The notes under the pieces are model-generated. The model saw nothing but the letters and a program-made list of their open reading frames with translations. It was not told where the DNA came from and searched no databases. The position numbers and the translations under genes were made by a program. A stretch of 64,000 nucleotides of DNA from a virus. Where the stretch lies: positions 13,606 through 77,605 of the IMG/VR virus record IMGVR_UViG_3300032240_002575; one strand, 5' to 3'. Positions 10,329 to 19,756 of this stretch are shown piece after piece (position 1 is the stretch's first letter; the number at the start of each line of letters is the position of its first letter).

Positions 10329-12167
10329 TTATGAGAAAGTTACTGATTGGAAATTTTTAACAGAAACTCTGATGTCTTTGTTAGGATATCTAACTTGGTA
10401 AACTTGTGAAGGTTGTGCAAATATTGTATCATCTACTGGTCCTATCAATCTTGTTTCAGCGTTTGTATAAGCCATAGATGTTTCCGCTGATGAATATTGC
10501 CCTCCAACTTCATTGAATACATCAATGTTCGCAACAGTCAAAACTCCATTTGTATTTTGAATAAGACTTCTAATTTCAGACAGATAAACGTTTTGACCTA
10601 ATTGTCTAATTTGAGGATTGAAATAAGTTGAAACTTTGTCAACAACACTTGAAATTACTTGTCCCGAGTTTTGAGCAGAATCCAACACGATTGATATATC
10701 TAAACTTAAGTCAATTACTTCTGCACTGAATATTGAAATGTAATCATTCATCATCCTGTAGTTTGATAAATAATTTGCAATGTTTTGTCTTAAAGTGTTT
10801 GAAACTATGTTTGTCAATTTACCTGATGTGTCGTAAGATAATATTTGTATTAAAATCTTATTGTCGTTTTCAGTAATTGAAACTTTTGCAGGTGCCCCAA
10901 ACTGAGCCGGCATGTTTCTAATCAACGATTCATAATCTTGAACCGTAACAGCTCTTTTTTGAGCTGCGAAATTAAACGATACGTAATTTCTAATTTCTTC
11001 AAGTGAAGGTATACCCGCACCACCCACAGCGGCTGTTACGTTAACACATCTTAATGAGTTAACTACCGATGAATTGGTTGTCTCGGATGGGCCATTAACA
11101 AAGAATGAAACTGTACCTATTTGGTTAATTACGTTTGTACCTAAATTTGTTGCCAATCCACCACCTACTCTGTACTGAACGAACAATGTTGAATTTGGTG
11201 TAAGTGTTGCGCCAAGTGAAAGGTTATTGGAATACTTTTGTAAATCTAAAGTGGCACCTAAAGTTGTGAATTGATTCAGTTGGTCTTGAGCAGTGTTTGT
11301 ACCACCACCAAAAGTCATTTTTTTGAATCCTTCAGGTGTATATTCTGTGATGAATCTATTTTGTGTTTGAAGATATACTCCAACTTTAATACCTGGTTGG
11401 TCAGAAACTTTTGTTGGGTCTTCAACAAATACTCTGTCTTCTGCTAATGCATCCACTTCATACCATCTGTTATCAGCCCCCAAAAACTCTGCAGTTGTTG
11501 GTGTATTTGTATAGTTTGTCCCATTTTTCAAAAGAACACTTGTAATTCCCAAAACATTTTTTTCAGGTAAAAACAACTCGAAAAATGGTTTGACATCGTT
11601 TGCATTGATAACTCTTTTGAAAACTTTAGTTATACCATTAACAACTACTTCTCTTTTTGTAATTGTGTAGTTAATCAAAACGTTATTAGCATTGAAATTT
11701 GGAATTTTCAATCTATTTGGATATCCTTGAGCGTTGTATGGTGACGCAAAATCAATGTCATAAACATTTTCAAACACAATACCACCACCAACAACTTGTG
11801 AACCTCTAGCTAAAGTTCCAAGATATCTTTCATCTTCTTTGTCACCATAAGCAGGAACCGTAATTGAAAAATCAACTAAAGCAACTGATGGTCTTTGACC
11901 CGGCAATTTCAAGCCATAGGTTCTAGCTATATTGTAAATCGATGACCTTTGTTGTGCATACTGTAATACAGTTTCTTGAATGCTTCTATCTATATTATAA
12001 TTCAAGTTATCCGCAACCGCTGCGTTCAAATCCAAGAATACCGTAAAAACTGACGCATCATTAAAATCTTGAATTAAATCAGGATAATACGTTTTAGCGT
12101 AGTTTAAGAGTTCAGTTCTGATTGACTGATAGTCCCTACTTGCATATGATATTCTGTTATTTGCCAT
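10329..12167 (-). CDS. Baseplate wedge subunit (T4 gp6 / baseplate J-like)
   Basis: Motifs RDYQSIRTEL, AQQRSSIYNIARTYG, FGGG, YRVGGG, AVGGA...EEIR and RAVTVQDYE are typical of gp6-like wedge proteins. Next to a gp25-like gene. Confidence 0.85.
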   Translation of the reverse strand: MANNRISYASRDYQSIRTELLNYAKTYYPDLIQDFNDASVFTVFLDLNAAVADNLNYNIDRSIQETVLQYAQQRSSIYNIARTYGLKLPGQRPSVALVDFSITVPAYGDKEDERYLGTLARGSQVVGGGIVFENVYDIDFASPYNAQGYPNRLKIPNFNANNVLINYTITKREVVVNGITKVFKRVINANDVKPFFELFLPEKNVLGITSVLLKNGTNYTNTPTTAEFLGADNRWYEVDALAEDRVFVEDPTKVSDQPGIKVGVYLQTQNRFITEYTPEGFKKMTFGGGTNTAQDQLNQFTTLGATLDLQKYSNNLSLGATLTPNSTLFVQYRVGGGLATNLGTNVINQIGTVSFFVNGPSETTNSSVVNSLRCVNVTAAVGGAGIPSLEEIRNYVSFNFAAQKRAVTVQDYESLIRNMPAQFGAPAKVSITENDNKILIQILSYDTSGKLTNIVSNTLRQNIANYLSNYRMMNDYISIFSAEVIDLSLDISIVLDSAQNSGQVISSVVDKVSTYFNPQIRQLGQNVYLSEIRSLIQNTNGVLTVANIDVFNEVGGQYSSAETSMAYTNAETRLIGPVDDTIFAQPSQVYQVRYPNKDIRVSVKNFQSVTFS

Positions 12168-12172
12168 CTTAA

Positions 12173-12643
12173 TTAAATATTGATAATCACAAAATCACTT
12201 TGTCCAAATGTTGAATTATTGGTTGAGTAATCGATTCTTATTTTTGCTGTGTACTCTGCGGTTCCTTTACCAGGAAATCTATATACAGGTGACTCACTAC
12301 TTCCTGCAGTATTTTGTCCCGTTGCAATATCAACTTCTTCTTGTGGGTCAGCTGGTGTGATACTCAAACTATTAACCAACAAGTTTGGCATAAAGTTTTC
12401 TATTGCATCTCTAATATCTGACTCTATCGCATTAAAAGTTAGTCCATCAAAAGGTTCAAACAAGAATTCATACAATCGAGTACCAAATTGAGGTAAAAAA
12501 TATCTTGACCCTTTTCTTGTCAACAATAAATGAATTAAATCCGCCTTAATCTCTTGGGATTGAAGTTCAGTTAATTCCAAATAGTCTCCTCTTGCAGAAT
12601 CTCTAAATGGAAAATTTATACCATATGTAGTACCGTTAGCCAT
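12173..12643 (-). CDS. Baseplate wedge/sheath initiator, gp25-like (GPW_gp25 family)
   Basis: GINFPF...IKADLIHLLLTRKGSRYFLPQFGTRLYEFLFEP is the gp25 signature. Start reassigned to the ATG at 12643 (MANGTTYG), downstream of the ORF-track start. Confidence 0.85.
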   Translation of the reverse strand: MANGTTYGINFPFRDSARGDYLELTELQSQEIKADLIHLLLTRKGSRYFLPQFGTRLYEFLFEPFDGLTFNAIESDIRDAIENFMPNLLVNSLSITPADPQEEVDIATGQNTAGSSESPVYRFPGKGTAEYTAKIRIDYSTNNSTFGQSDFVIINI

Positions 12644-12860
12644 TGTTAATAAATATAGTAGTATTCCCTTTTTTGTGAACTGGTGTAAAAGGGCAATGTT
12701 TGCATGAGTTACCACAACAAGAACCTCTTTTAATGTGGAACGACTCTTTCATTACCATTTTACCATTTTCATCAAAATAAAAATCATTCGGGTTGTGTTT
12801 AGACAACGCCGTCTTTTTAATATATTCTTGGAATATCCAATCTTCTGAACTTCTTACCAT
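12636..12860 (-). CDS. Small Cys-rich protein, DUF5522-like
   Basis: The motif FYFDENGKMV...HIKRGSCCGNSCKHCPF matches the DUF5522 pattern (RG.CCG.GCRHCPY). Confidence 0.65.
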   Translation of the reverse strand: MVRSSEDWIFQEYIKKTALSKHNPNDFYFDENGKMVMKESFHIKRGSCCGNSCKHCPFTPVHKKGNTTIFINNG

Positions 12861-12876
12861 AACATTATATAAATAA

Positions 12877-12909
12877 AAAAGGAATATGTAATTTACACAT
12901 ATTCCTTTT
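12877..12909 (-). terminator. Intrinsic terminator-like hairpin after the ribonucleotide reductase gene
   Basis: Inverted repeat AAAAGGAATATGT-N7-ACATATTCCTTTT, T-rich on the minus strand. Confidence 0.6.
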
Positions 12910-12930
12910 ATTTTGTTTAATTAAATTATT

Positions 12931-14790
12931 TTATTTGATTTCGCAAGCTCCACCAGCACATGCTAGTTCACCACTCAAATCAGTATTATCTTGTAACTCA
13001 ATAACTTTACTTAAGTCAATTGAATGAAGTTTTGAAAATAATCTTTCAAATTCTTCTTGAGTACAGTCTTCAAATGGAGCTTGGATATAACTGCCTCCGT
13101 CAAAGGGTAGTACAGAAAGACCATTATAAAAATCTCTGTTTTCCCACATCCAATCACCAGCTAACTCCCAATCTTCAGGTTTCAAACTAATTGTTGCAGA
13201 TACGTTGTGACTGTTTGAACCAGTTCTATGACCAGGTTTAACCCATTCTTGTGTAATTTTTTTAACACGTTCTAATAATTGGAATGGACTTTCAGTTCTT
13301 AATATTGCTCCTTCTGGTGCTTTTTGTGGAACTGAAATAACCGCCGTATCGTGTGGACGGAAAAATTCATCTTCAACCAATTCAGGGTGATTTGTTGCCA
13401 AATAGTTATAGATTGCTTCATTCTTACCAACACGAATTCTACGGATGTAGTAATCATTGTGCCAAGCGTGAATACCTGATGAAGTTCCCAATGTCAATGA
13501 AGTTGTTCCTGCTGGTTTAACAGTTGTCATACGAGCCGATTTGTTAATACCAATAAGTTCAGCAACTCTTGCATTTTCTTCTTTAACAACTTTTGCTGCT
13601 TCTTTCATATTGTATCCCAATACCACACCTGAACCGATACCTGTCATGGATACACCAATCAATGCATCTTTTTCAGTTGTTCTTTTCCAAACATCTCTTA
13701 AGTAATGGAAATCTGTATAACCTGCTTGAAGTGTTCCGATAAACGCCGCAGCTTTAACACGAGCGTTAAGGTCTTCTTGTGACTCAATATCAGATACATT
13801 AACCTCACATAAGTTACAGAATTGGTTTGGTCTCAACGCGATTTCACAACATGGGTTTGTTCCCCAATCTTTATCGTTTGTAAAATATATACCTGGTTCA
13901 CCAGCACCTGATGCTTCAACACGTTTCCATAAATCCAAAAAGAATTCTTTTGTAATTTTGTGTCTAACAAGTACTGCAGAGTTATTAGCTCTACCTCTTT
14001 GTGCATTTTGTTCCCACCATGCACCTGATTTACAAGCAATCATTTCACTATCATCAGCGCTGAACAAAGAAATAAGTGCCGCTCTACGGATACCACCAGC
14101 CAATACAGCATCAGCGATATGACAAACCATATCATGAACTTCGATTGGAGTTAGTTTTTCACCATCTTCTTTTGCATCCATCATACCTTTCAATTTGTGC
14201 AAACAATCTTTCAAAGGTTGAGGACCTGGAGCTTTACCACCTGATGTTACAAGTTGAGCACCTTTTGGTCTGATATCAGAAAAATCGAATTCTGGTGTTG
14301 ATAAGTTGTCACCAAAATATGATTTGAACAATACTTTAATTGCATCTGCCCATCCTTCAATTGAATCACCAATCAAAAATCTTCTAACTCTGTTTGGATT
14401 TGGTTTTCTGATTTCAGGTAATTTTTCAACATGATGTTTTTGAACTGAATACCCAACACCTGTTCCACCTAATAACAAAAACATTGCTTCAGCGAATGCA
14501 TCCAAATGGTCTATCGGTAAGTAAGCACAATTATAAATTCTGTTTGGAGAAATCTCGATTGGTTTACCACCAAATTGCATTGACCTCATTGAAGGCAATA
14601 CCTTTTTATCATATACCATTTTGTATACTTCTTTAATCTCATCTTTCAATGATGGGTATTTTTTAATATGCATGTCCATATTACGGGTTACCAATTCCTC
14701 CCATGTTTCACGTCTGTTCAATTCAGGTACGAATTTTGCGTACTTCATATAAACAGTCAAGTCTGACAATATCTTTTGTGATGCGTCCAT
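12931..14790 (-). CDS. nrdJ: Class II (adenosylcobalamin-dependent) ribonucleotide reductase
   Basis: Motifs YNCAY, GGIRRAA, TNPCCEI (catalytic NPC.E), CNL.E, VKPAGTTS and C-terminal CAGGACE. No beta-subunit gene nearby. Confidence 0.88.
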   Translation of the reverse strand: MDASQKILSDLTVYMKYAKFVPELNRRETWEELVTRNMDMHIKKYPSLKDEIKEVYKMVYDKKVLPSMRSMQFGGKPIEISPNRIYNCAYLPIDHLDAFAEAMFLLLGGTGVGYSVQKHHVEKLPEIRKPNPNRVRRFLIGDSIEGWADAIKVLFKSYFGDNLSTPEFDFSDIRPKGAQLVTSGGKAPGPQPLKDCLHKLKGMMDAKEDGEKLTPIEVHDMVCHIADAVLAGGIRRAALISLFSADDSEMIACKSGAWWEQNAQRGRANNSAVLVRHKITKEFFLDLWKRVEASGAGEPGIYFTNDKDWGTNPCCEIALRPNQFCNLCEVNVSDIESQEDLNARVKAAAFIGTLQAGYTDFHYLRDVWKRTTEKDALIGVSMTGIGSGVVLGYNMKEAAKVVKEENARVAELIGINKSARMTTVKPAGTTSLTLGTSSGIHAWHNDYYIRRIRVGKNEAIYNYLATNHPELVEDEFFRPHDTAVISVPQKAPEGAILRTESPFQLLERVKKITQEWVKPGHRTGSNSHNVSATISLKPEDWELAGDWMWENRDFYNGLSVLPFDGGSYIQAPFEDCTQEEFERLFSKLHSIDLSKVIELQDNTDLSGELACAGGACEIK

Positions 14791-14810
14791 AATTGTGTTT
14801 TAAGTTTATT

Positions 14811-16196
14811 TTAATTTGTGTTATTGTTTTGTTGTTCTCTTTGTTTTCTTTTTTCCAATAGTTCTTTAACCCTATCTCTTTTTCTTTCTTCTTGTTGTTC
14901 TTCAAAACCCAAGAATGTTACTGAACTTTCGGTATCAATTTCCAAAAGTTCGTTGTTGAATTTGCAGTTTTCAAAAACCACACCATCTTTTCCGATACGT
15001 GATTTTGTGATTGCAATAGTTGCCAAATTCATTTCTTTTTGTTGCAATGTTTTTGCAACTGATATAATAACGTGACCAACTTGAGCCTTCTTAATAGAAC
15101 CACCCATTTGGTCTGTAGTTACAACTTCTGATGAAATTGATGACCTGTTACCTTGTGTTGCAGTCCAACCTACCAACGATAACTCATGACACATCGCCTC
15201 AAATCCTCTCATCACAGAACCCTCTGCTTTCCATTCATCCTTACTTGAACTTTCAGGTACCACACAATCGATATAGTCCAACAATACCAAATCAATTTTC
15301 GTTCCATCAGCAATCATCTTTCTGATTTGGTTTTTGATTTGATTCATAGACATTGAATCTGAAGGGAGTTTTTTCAATATCAACTCATTCTTCATTGTTT
15401 CTTTAATCTCTGTAATTTTACCCATTACAGTTTCTTTGTGCTGAACCAAATTGTCTGGTTCAATACCTGTCCAAAGGGTAAAGTGTTTACGTTGAACAAT
15501 CTTTGGATTGTCCTCAAAAAAGATTTGAAGAACATTATATCCAAGATTAAATGCAGTGTTTGCAATCTTTGTGAGGATAGTTGTCTTACCAACACCTGTT
15601 GGTGCCAATATAACACCTATTTCCCCTTTTGCAAGACCACCTTTAAGTAATCTGTCTATACCTGGTATTCCCATTGGAATTGGGTGTCTAAAATCCTCAT
15701 CGAGTACAGTATCCAAGTTGGAAAAGATGTCTGTTAAACCAGTGTCTCTTTCCCCAACTTGTAATGCTTCACGTACCAACCCTTCAACTTTATCATAAGA
15801 TTCAAAGTCACCTTCAGTGATAATCTTTTGTGCCTTGTCCATCGCCTTTTGAAGTTCTTGTTGTTTACAAAACTTCAAAGCCTTTTCCTGAACAAATTGG
15901 GTTCCTTCGAATGGTGCTCCCTTAACTTGGGTTATGGTGTCAAGAACTATTTTGGCAACCAGTTCTTGTGAAATTTCTGATTTTACGATTTGCTCAAGAG
16001 TTTCAAAGTTAGGGGTAGATTGGTATTTTACATAATATTCCTTAATCATCTGTAAAATGATTTTGAAATATTTGTTATCAAAATACGAACTCTCAATAAC
16101 GTCCATTATAGACATCGAAAATTCTTTATCTACAATAAGTTGGTTTAATAATTGTATTTGAAATGTGTTCCCTAAATAATCAAAATTCTTGTTCAT
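14811..16196 (-). CDS. Replicative DNA helicase (DnaB / T4 gp41-like)
   Basis: Walker A APTGVGKT, Walker B LLDYID, TATQGNR, KSRIG arginine finger. Confidence 0.88.
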   Translation of the reverse strand: MNKNFDYLGNTFQIQLLNQLIVDKEFSMSIMDVIESSYFDNKYFKIILQMIKEYYVKYQSTPNFETLEQIVKSEISQELVAKIVLDTITQVKGAPFEGTQFVQEKALKFCKQQELQKAMDKAQKIITEGDFESYDKVEGLVREALQVGERDTGLTDIFSNLDTVLDEDFRHPIPMGIPGIDRLLKGGLAKGEIGVILAPTGVGKTTILTKIANTAFNLGYNVLQIFFEDNPKIVQRKHFTLWTGIEPDNLVQHKETVMGKITEIKETMKNELILKKLPSDSMSMNQIKNQIRKMIADGTKIDLVLLDYIDCVVPESSSKDEWKAEGSVMRGFEAMCHELSLVGWTATQGNRSSISSEVVTTDQMGGSIKKAQVGHVIISVAKTLQQKEMNLATIAITKSRIGKDGVVFENCKFNNELLEIDTESSVTFLGFEEQQEERKRDRVKELLEKRKQREQQNNNTN

Positions 16197-16231
16197 ATAT
16201 CGTTTTTGTCTCCCCCTGTTTTATTAAATAT

Positions 16232-16684
16232 TCACTTACTCAAGTCAATTCCCAAATAATCAAAACTTAATTTTTGGGCTGAAAAAATGTCAGTCAACTC
16301 TCGAAGAATATCTTTCAAAATTGGTCGTACGTCAACGGTATAACGAACCTTCGGCGGAAATAATTTTCCATCAAAATATCTATGACAAATTGTCTGTTCG
16401 CCAATTTTGATGTAAAGATTGAATTGTTCACTTCCTTCAGTAAAAGAAGTATTCATGATTGCTGGGTCAGCAACGATTGATTCTTTGTTGTCAATCATAT
16501 AGATAACCGTTTTCATTTTGAGTTGATACTCAAGTTCATTCTTGAGATGTTTCATGTAATAATACAACTCTAATGAATTTTTTGCCTTTGGATTAAAACC
16601 TCTAACGTTGAAAAATCTTTGAACTACAATGTTGTCGTTCAACGTTAAAAGGAACTCCATTTTGGTGCTGTCTTGTTCTTTCAT
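16232..16684 (-). CDS. Hypothetical protein in the replication block
   Basis: 150 aa ORF between the helicase and exonuclease genes. Confidence 0.55.
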   Translation of the reverse strand: MKEQDSTKMEFLLTLNDNIVVQRFFNVRGFNPKAKNSLELYYYMKHLKNELEYQLKMKTVIYMIDNKESIVADPAIMNTSFTEGSEQFNLYIKIGEQTICHRYFDGKLFPPKVRYTVDVRPILKDILRELTDIFSAQKLSFDYLGIDLSK

Positions 16685-16687
16685 AAT

Positions 16688-17689
16688 TTAATTTTTATTT
16701 GTGTTACGTTTTTCTTTTCTTGTCAATTTCATGAATGGTTTTAGGAAGTTAACCCAAGCTTCATCGTCTTTAGGTAGGTACTTAAATAGTCCATCTTCCA
16801 TCATCATTCTCATTAAGTTTTTGTATCCCCTATCTGTTGGGTCAATTGTGTCAGTTAATATTTGTTCAACCAATTCTTTACCATCTTCAGTAATAAGTGG
16901 ATTTGTCAAGTCAACAATCGTTTTATTAGTGCGGTAAAATAACTCTCCAATTATAGTTGATTTTGTTTTTCCAGACAAAATATTGTTGAGTGTTTTTATA
17001 GGTTTCTTTTGCGGGATGTTTCGGGCATAATCCAATATTTCTTCGATAGTGCATGGTTTTTCCTGCACTTGTGGAAATAATTTGACTAAAGTTTTTTCTC
17101 CAAGTCCTTCAATACCACTAATGTTATCAGATTTGTCGCCAGTAAAGATTTTGGTAAGCAAAACATTATAGTGGGGAATTTCAACTTTATTAATTAAAAT
17201 CATATCCCCATTCTTATAATATTGTTTTGATGTGGGTGAATATATGGTTACCCTTTCTGAAATTAATTGGGTTAAATCTTTATCTGCGGAAAATATAATG
17301 ATATCCTCGTTGTTGGATATTTTACAATAATAAGCAATCAAGTCGTCAGCCTCGTTGTTACTCATTTCAACTTGACGAACAAATATTTCCTCCAAGTATT
17401 GTTTTACTCGAGATTTTTGTTCAAGATACGATTCATACTTAAACTCATTCATATCTTGTCTTCTGTTTGCCTTATATTGGGGATAAAGAGATTTTCTCAT
17501 GGACGAATTGGAATCACCATCCCAAAATACAACAACCTTATCATGGTTGTGTTCTTCAAGGAATTTGCGGAGTATATTCACAAAGTGATATACCCCACCC
17601 ACATGAGCTCCGTCGTTATATACGTCTTTCGCCCCGTGAAACCCTATCTTAAATAAGTTGTCCCCGTCTACTAATAATGTTTTAATCAC
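16688..17689 (-). CDS. 5'-3' exonuclease / flap endonuclease (T4 RNase H / Pol I N-terminal-like)
   Basis: Motifs LLVDGDN, YKANR, EADDLIA, SADKDLTQL and GDKSDNISGIEGLGEKT (helix-3-turn-helix). Confidence 0.9.
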   Translation of the reverse strand: MIKTLLVDGDNLFKIGFHGAKDVYNDGAHVGGVYHFVNILRKFLEEHNHDKVVVFWDGDSNSSMRKSLYPQYKANRRQDMNEFKYESYLEQKSRVKQYLEEIFVRQVEMSNNEADDLIAYYCKISNNEDIIIFSADKDLTQLISERVTIYSPTSKQYYKNGDMILINKVEIPHYNVLLTKIFTGDKSDNISGIEGLGEKTLVKLFPQVQEKPCTIEEILDYARNIPQKKPIKTLNNILSGKTKSTIIGELFYRTNKTIVDLTNPLITEDGKELVEQILTDTIDPTDRGYKNLMRMMMEDGLFKYLPKDDEAWVNFLKPFMKLTRKEKRNTNKN

Positions 17690-17718
17690 GTTTGTGATTT
17701 ATAGTGTGATACAATATA

Positions 17719-18723
17719 CTAATCTTCTTTTTCTTCTTTCAAATCAAAATCTAACGATGTTACTCCAAGAATATCTTTCCAATAGTCGGCATATTCTTTT
17801 TTGTAAGCCTCAATAGATGCTTTTTCTTCTGATGCCTCTTTTCCTGCCAAGAAACCGTGTGGCGTTACAATTATCTTTCCATCTTCATAACCCAATCCAT
17901 TGATGTGGTTTTTCATAACAGAAACTTTTGTTCTAATTGCGAACTTAACACTTCTCTTGTCTTTTGTTGCGGTAATCTTGTTTGTTCCCGCACCTTTTTG
18001 GTTACCAAATAAGAAAACCAAAGATGAGTTTAACCAAATGGCTTCACCACCTTTTGCTTTGATTTTTGGTTGACCAAATGGATTGTCAGGTAACTCAACC
18101 CAAGGCTGATTAACAATAACCAATGTGTTTTCGTATTTTGAATCCGCTTTACGAGAACCTGAAATACGTTGGTTGATACCCATACCAATCTTGTCTGCCA
18201 ATACCGACGCGTTGTGTTGTTTACCACCTTTGCCTTCATAAGTCATCTTACAAGGAACAGAACCAACAGAATCCCATAAGAAAAGCAAACTATAATCTAA
18301 CTCACCCTTTTCTTGTGCATCCAACAATTCGTTGATATAATCTGTAATTTGCTCTATGTAGTCAAAGTCATTATTGAAGATGTAGAAACCGTCCCAATCA
18401 ACTTCACCTGATGTTTCATCAACAACTTCCTCACATTCAAAACCCATAAGTTTTGCATGTTCAAAAGACCATTTTTGTTCCGTGATAATGAACACTGGAA
18501 GAATACCTTTCTTTTGTGCATCAACTGCGGTCTTAACCAAAGCAGTTGTTTTACCCGTATCCGAGTGACCCAAGAACATATTCAAGTGTCCGATAGCCGG
18601 ACCTGGTAAACCTACCGCATCCAAGAAGTCAGGACCCAAATCAAAGAATCGTTGGGGTTTGTATTTTGCGGAAGTCGAGAATTTTTTCTTGACTGAACCG
18701 AAGTCATTTTTTTTAATTGCCAT
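17719..18723 (-). CDS. RecA/UvsX-like recombinase
   Basis: Walker A GHSDTGKT, LWDSVG (Walker B), IVNQ, KGGEA, KNH. Confidence 0.85.
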   Translation of the reverse strand: MAIKKNDFGSVKKKFSTSAKYKPQRFFDLGPDFLDAVGLPGPAIGHLNMFLGHSDTGKTTALVKTAVDAQKKGILPVFIITEQKWSFEHAKLMGFECEEVVDETSGEVDWDGFYIFNNDFDYIEQITDYINELLDAQEKGELDYSLLFLWDSVGSVPCKMTYEGKGGKQHNASVLADKIGMGINQRISGSRKADSKYENTLVIVNQPWVELPDNPFGQPKIKAKGGEAIWLNSSLVFLFGNQKGAGTNKITATKDKRSVKFAIRTKVSVMKNHINGLGYEDGKIIVTPHGFLAGKEASEEKASIEAYKKEYADYWKDILGVTSLDFDLKEEKED

Positions 18724-18747
18724 AATGTTGTTTTGTTAAAATTAAAA

Positions 18748-18782
18748 AGCATGGACACAATGTCTTTGCAAGTGTCCATGCT
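18748..18782 (-). terminator. Hairpin/terminator downstream of the SSB gene
   Basis: AGCATGGACAC-N13-GTGTCCATGCT, followed by a T-rich tract on the minus strand. Confidence 0.6.
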
Positions 18783-18790
18783 GAAAATAA

Positions 18791-19648
18791 TTAGAATGGT
18801 AAATCCGAATCTATATCATCATTTGCTTGTGGGTCAATGATTGGAGCTTTATCAGCTTTTTTACTTCCACCCATTGATGTTGTAGATTCCATGTCGTTAC
18901 CGTAAGTGTAACCACCTTTTTCACTATCCCACTTTGGAGTTTCTCCGCGAGCAATAGCTTCAAGATATTCAACAGGTTTTTTTGAATATACATCTAACCA
19001 TGTTAATTCATCGTTAATCCAAGCATTTGCTTGTTCTTTTTCTTCGTGTACAGGTGCTGGGTCATCATACATAATTGTTGATACACTTGTGTATTCTTTA
19101 CCTGCAGGTGTTTTAGATTTCGTTAATTCAATAATAAGGTCACGTCCTTTTTCAGGGTCAGTGATATCACCTTTATTTCTCCAAATTGGAATGATTTTAT
19201 CTAAAATACCGTCGTTCTTATAGTTGTGTTTGAATCTCCAAAACTTTGGACCATCTTCTTCGTGGTCTCTGTCTATAACTTTTACAATATAGAATTTACG
19301 AGATTTGTATTGTTTTGCTAATTCTTTGTCTGACTCTTTACCTGTAGACATCAATTCCTCATAAACTTCGTTTAATGGTGAACGTTCGTTGTCATTTTTT
19401 CCTGGGTCATAGAATTTTTGCCATTGTCCACCTACTTGGATTTCGTGATACCAAGCTTCTTTGAATGGTGAACTACCATCTTGTGTTGGAAGGATACGTA
19501 CTCTACGTTGTCCTGATTTCTCTTTATCACTTAAGATTAAAGCGAAATACTTTTTCATTCTTTCGTCTTGCGACATTTTACTTTGGGCCCCGCCCCCTTG
19601 TTGTGCTTTTTCGTACTGTGCCAATACGGCGTCTAATGAACTCATCAT
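18791..19648 (-). CDS. Single-stranded DNA-binding protein, T4 gp32-like
   Basis: RVRILP...PFKEAWYH, DITDPEKGRDLII and an acidic C-terminal tail DDIDSDLPF. Lies beside the recombinase gene. Confidence 0.8.
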   Translation of the reverse strand: MMSSLDAVLAQYEKAQQGGGAQSKMSQDERMKKYFALILSDKEKSGQRRVRILPTQDGSSPFKEAWYHEIQVGGQWQKFYDPGKNDNERSPLNEVYEELMSTGKESDKELAKQYKSRKFYIVKVIDRDHEEDGPKFWRFKHNYKNDGILDKIIPIWRNKGDITDPEKGRDLIIELTKSKTPAGKEYTSVSTIMYDDPAPVHEEKEQANAWINDELTWLDVYSKKPVEYLEAIARGETPKWDSEKGGYTYGNDMESTTSMGGSKKADKAPIIDPQANDDIDSDLPF

Positions 19649-19682
19649 GTTTTTTAATTTTTAATTGTTAAGTTATTGTGTA

Positions 19683-19711
19683 AATATAGTTTGATTTTGT
19701 GGGTTTGTCAA
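19683..19711 (-). promoter_or_regulatory. Host sigma70-type (early/middle) promoter upstream of the SSB-RecA-exonuclease-helicase-RNR block
   Basis: The minus strand reads TTGACA-17 nt-TATATT, immediately downstream of a terminator. Confidence 0.6.
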
Positions 19712-19713
19712 AT

Positions 19714-19739
19714 AAAAAAGCCACCTCTTGGGTGGCTTT
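19714..19739 (-). terminator. Intrinsic terminator
   Basis: Stem AAAGCCACC-N5-GGTGGCTTT, followed by TTTATT on the minus strand, after the ORF ending at 19757. Confidence 0.7.
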
Positions 19740-19756
19740 CATCTTAAATTAAAATA

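Noticed and set aside
12644-12715. ORF-track N-terminal extension of the gp25-like gene
   Set aside because: It overlaps the DUF5522-like gene. The ATG at 12643 has its own leader motif and begins the conserved gp25 sequence.
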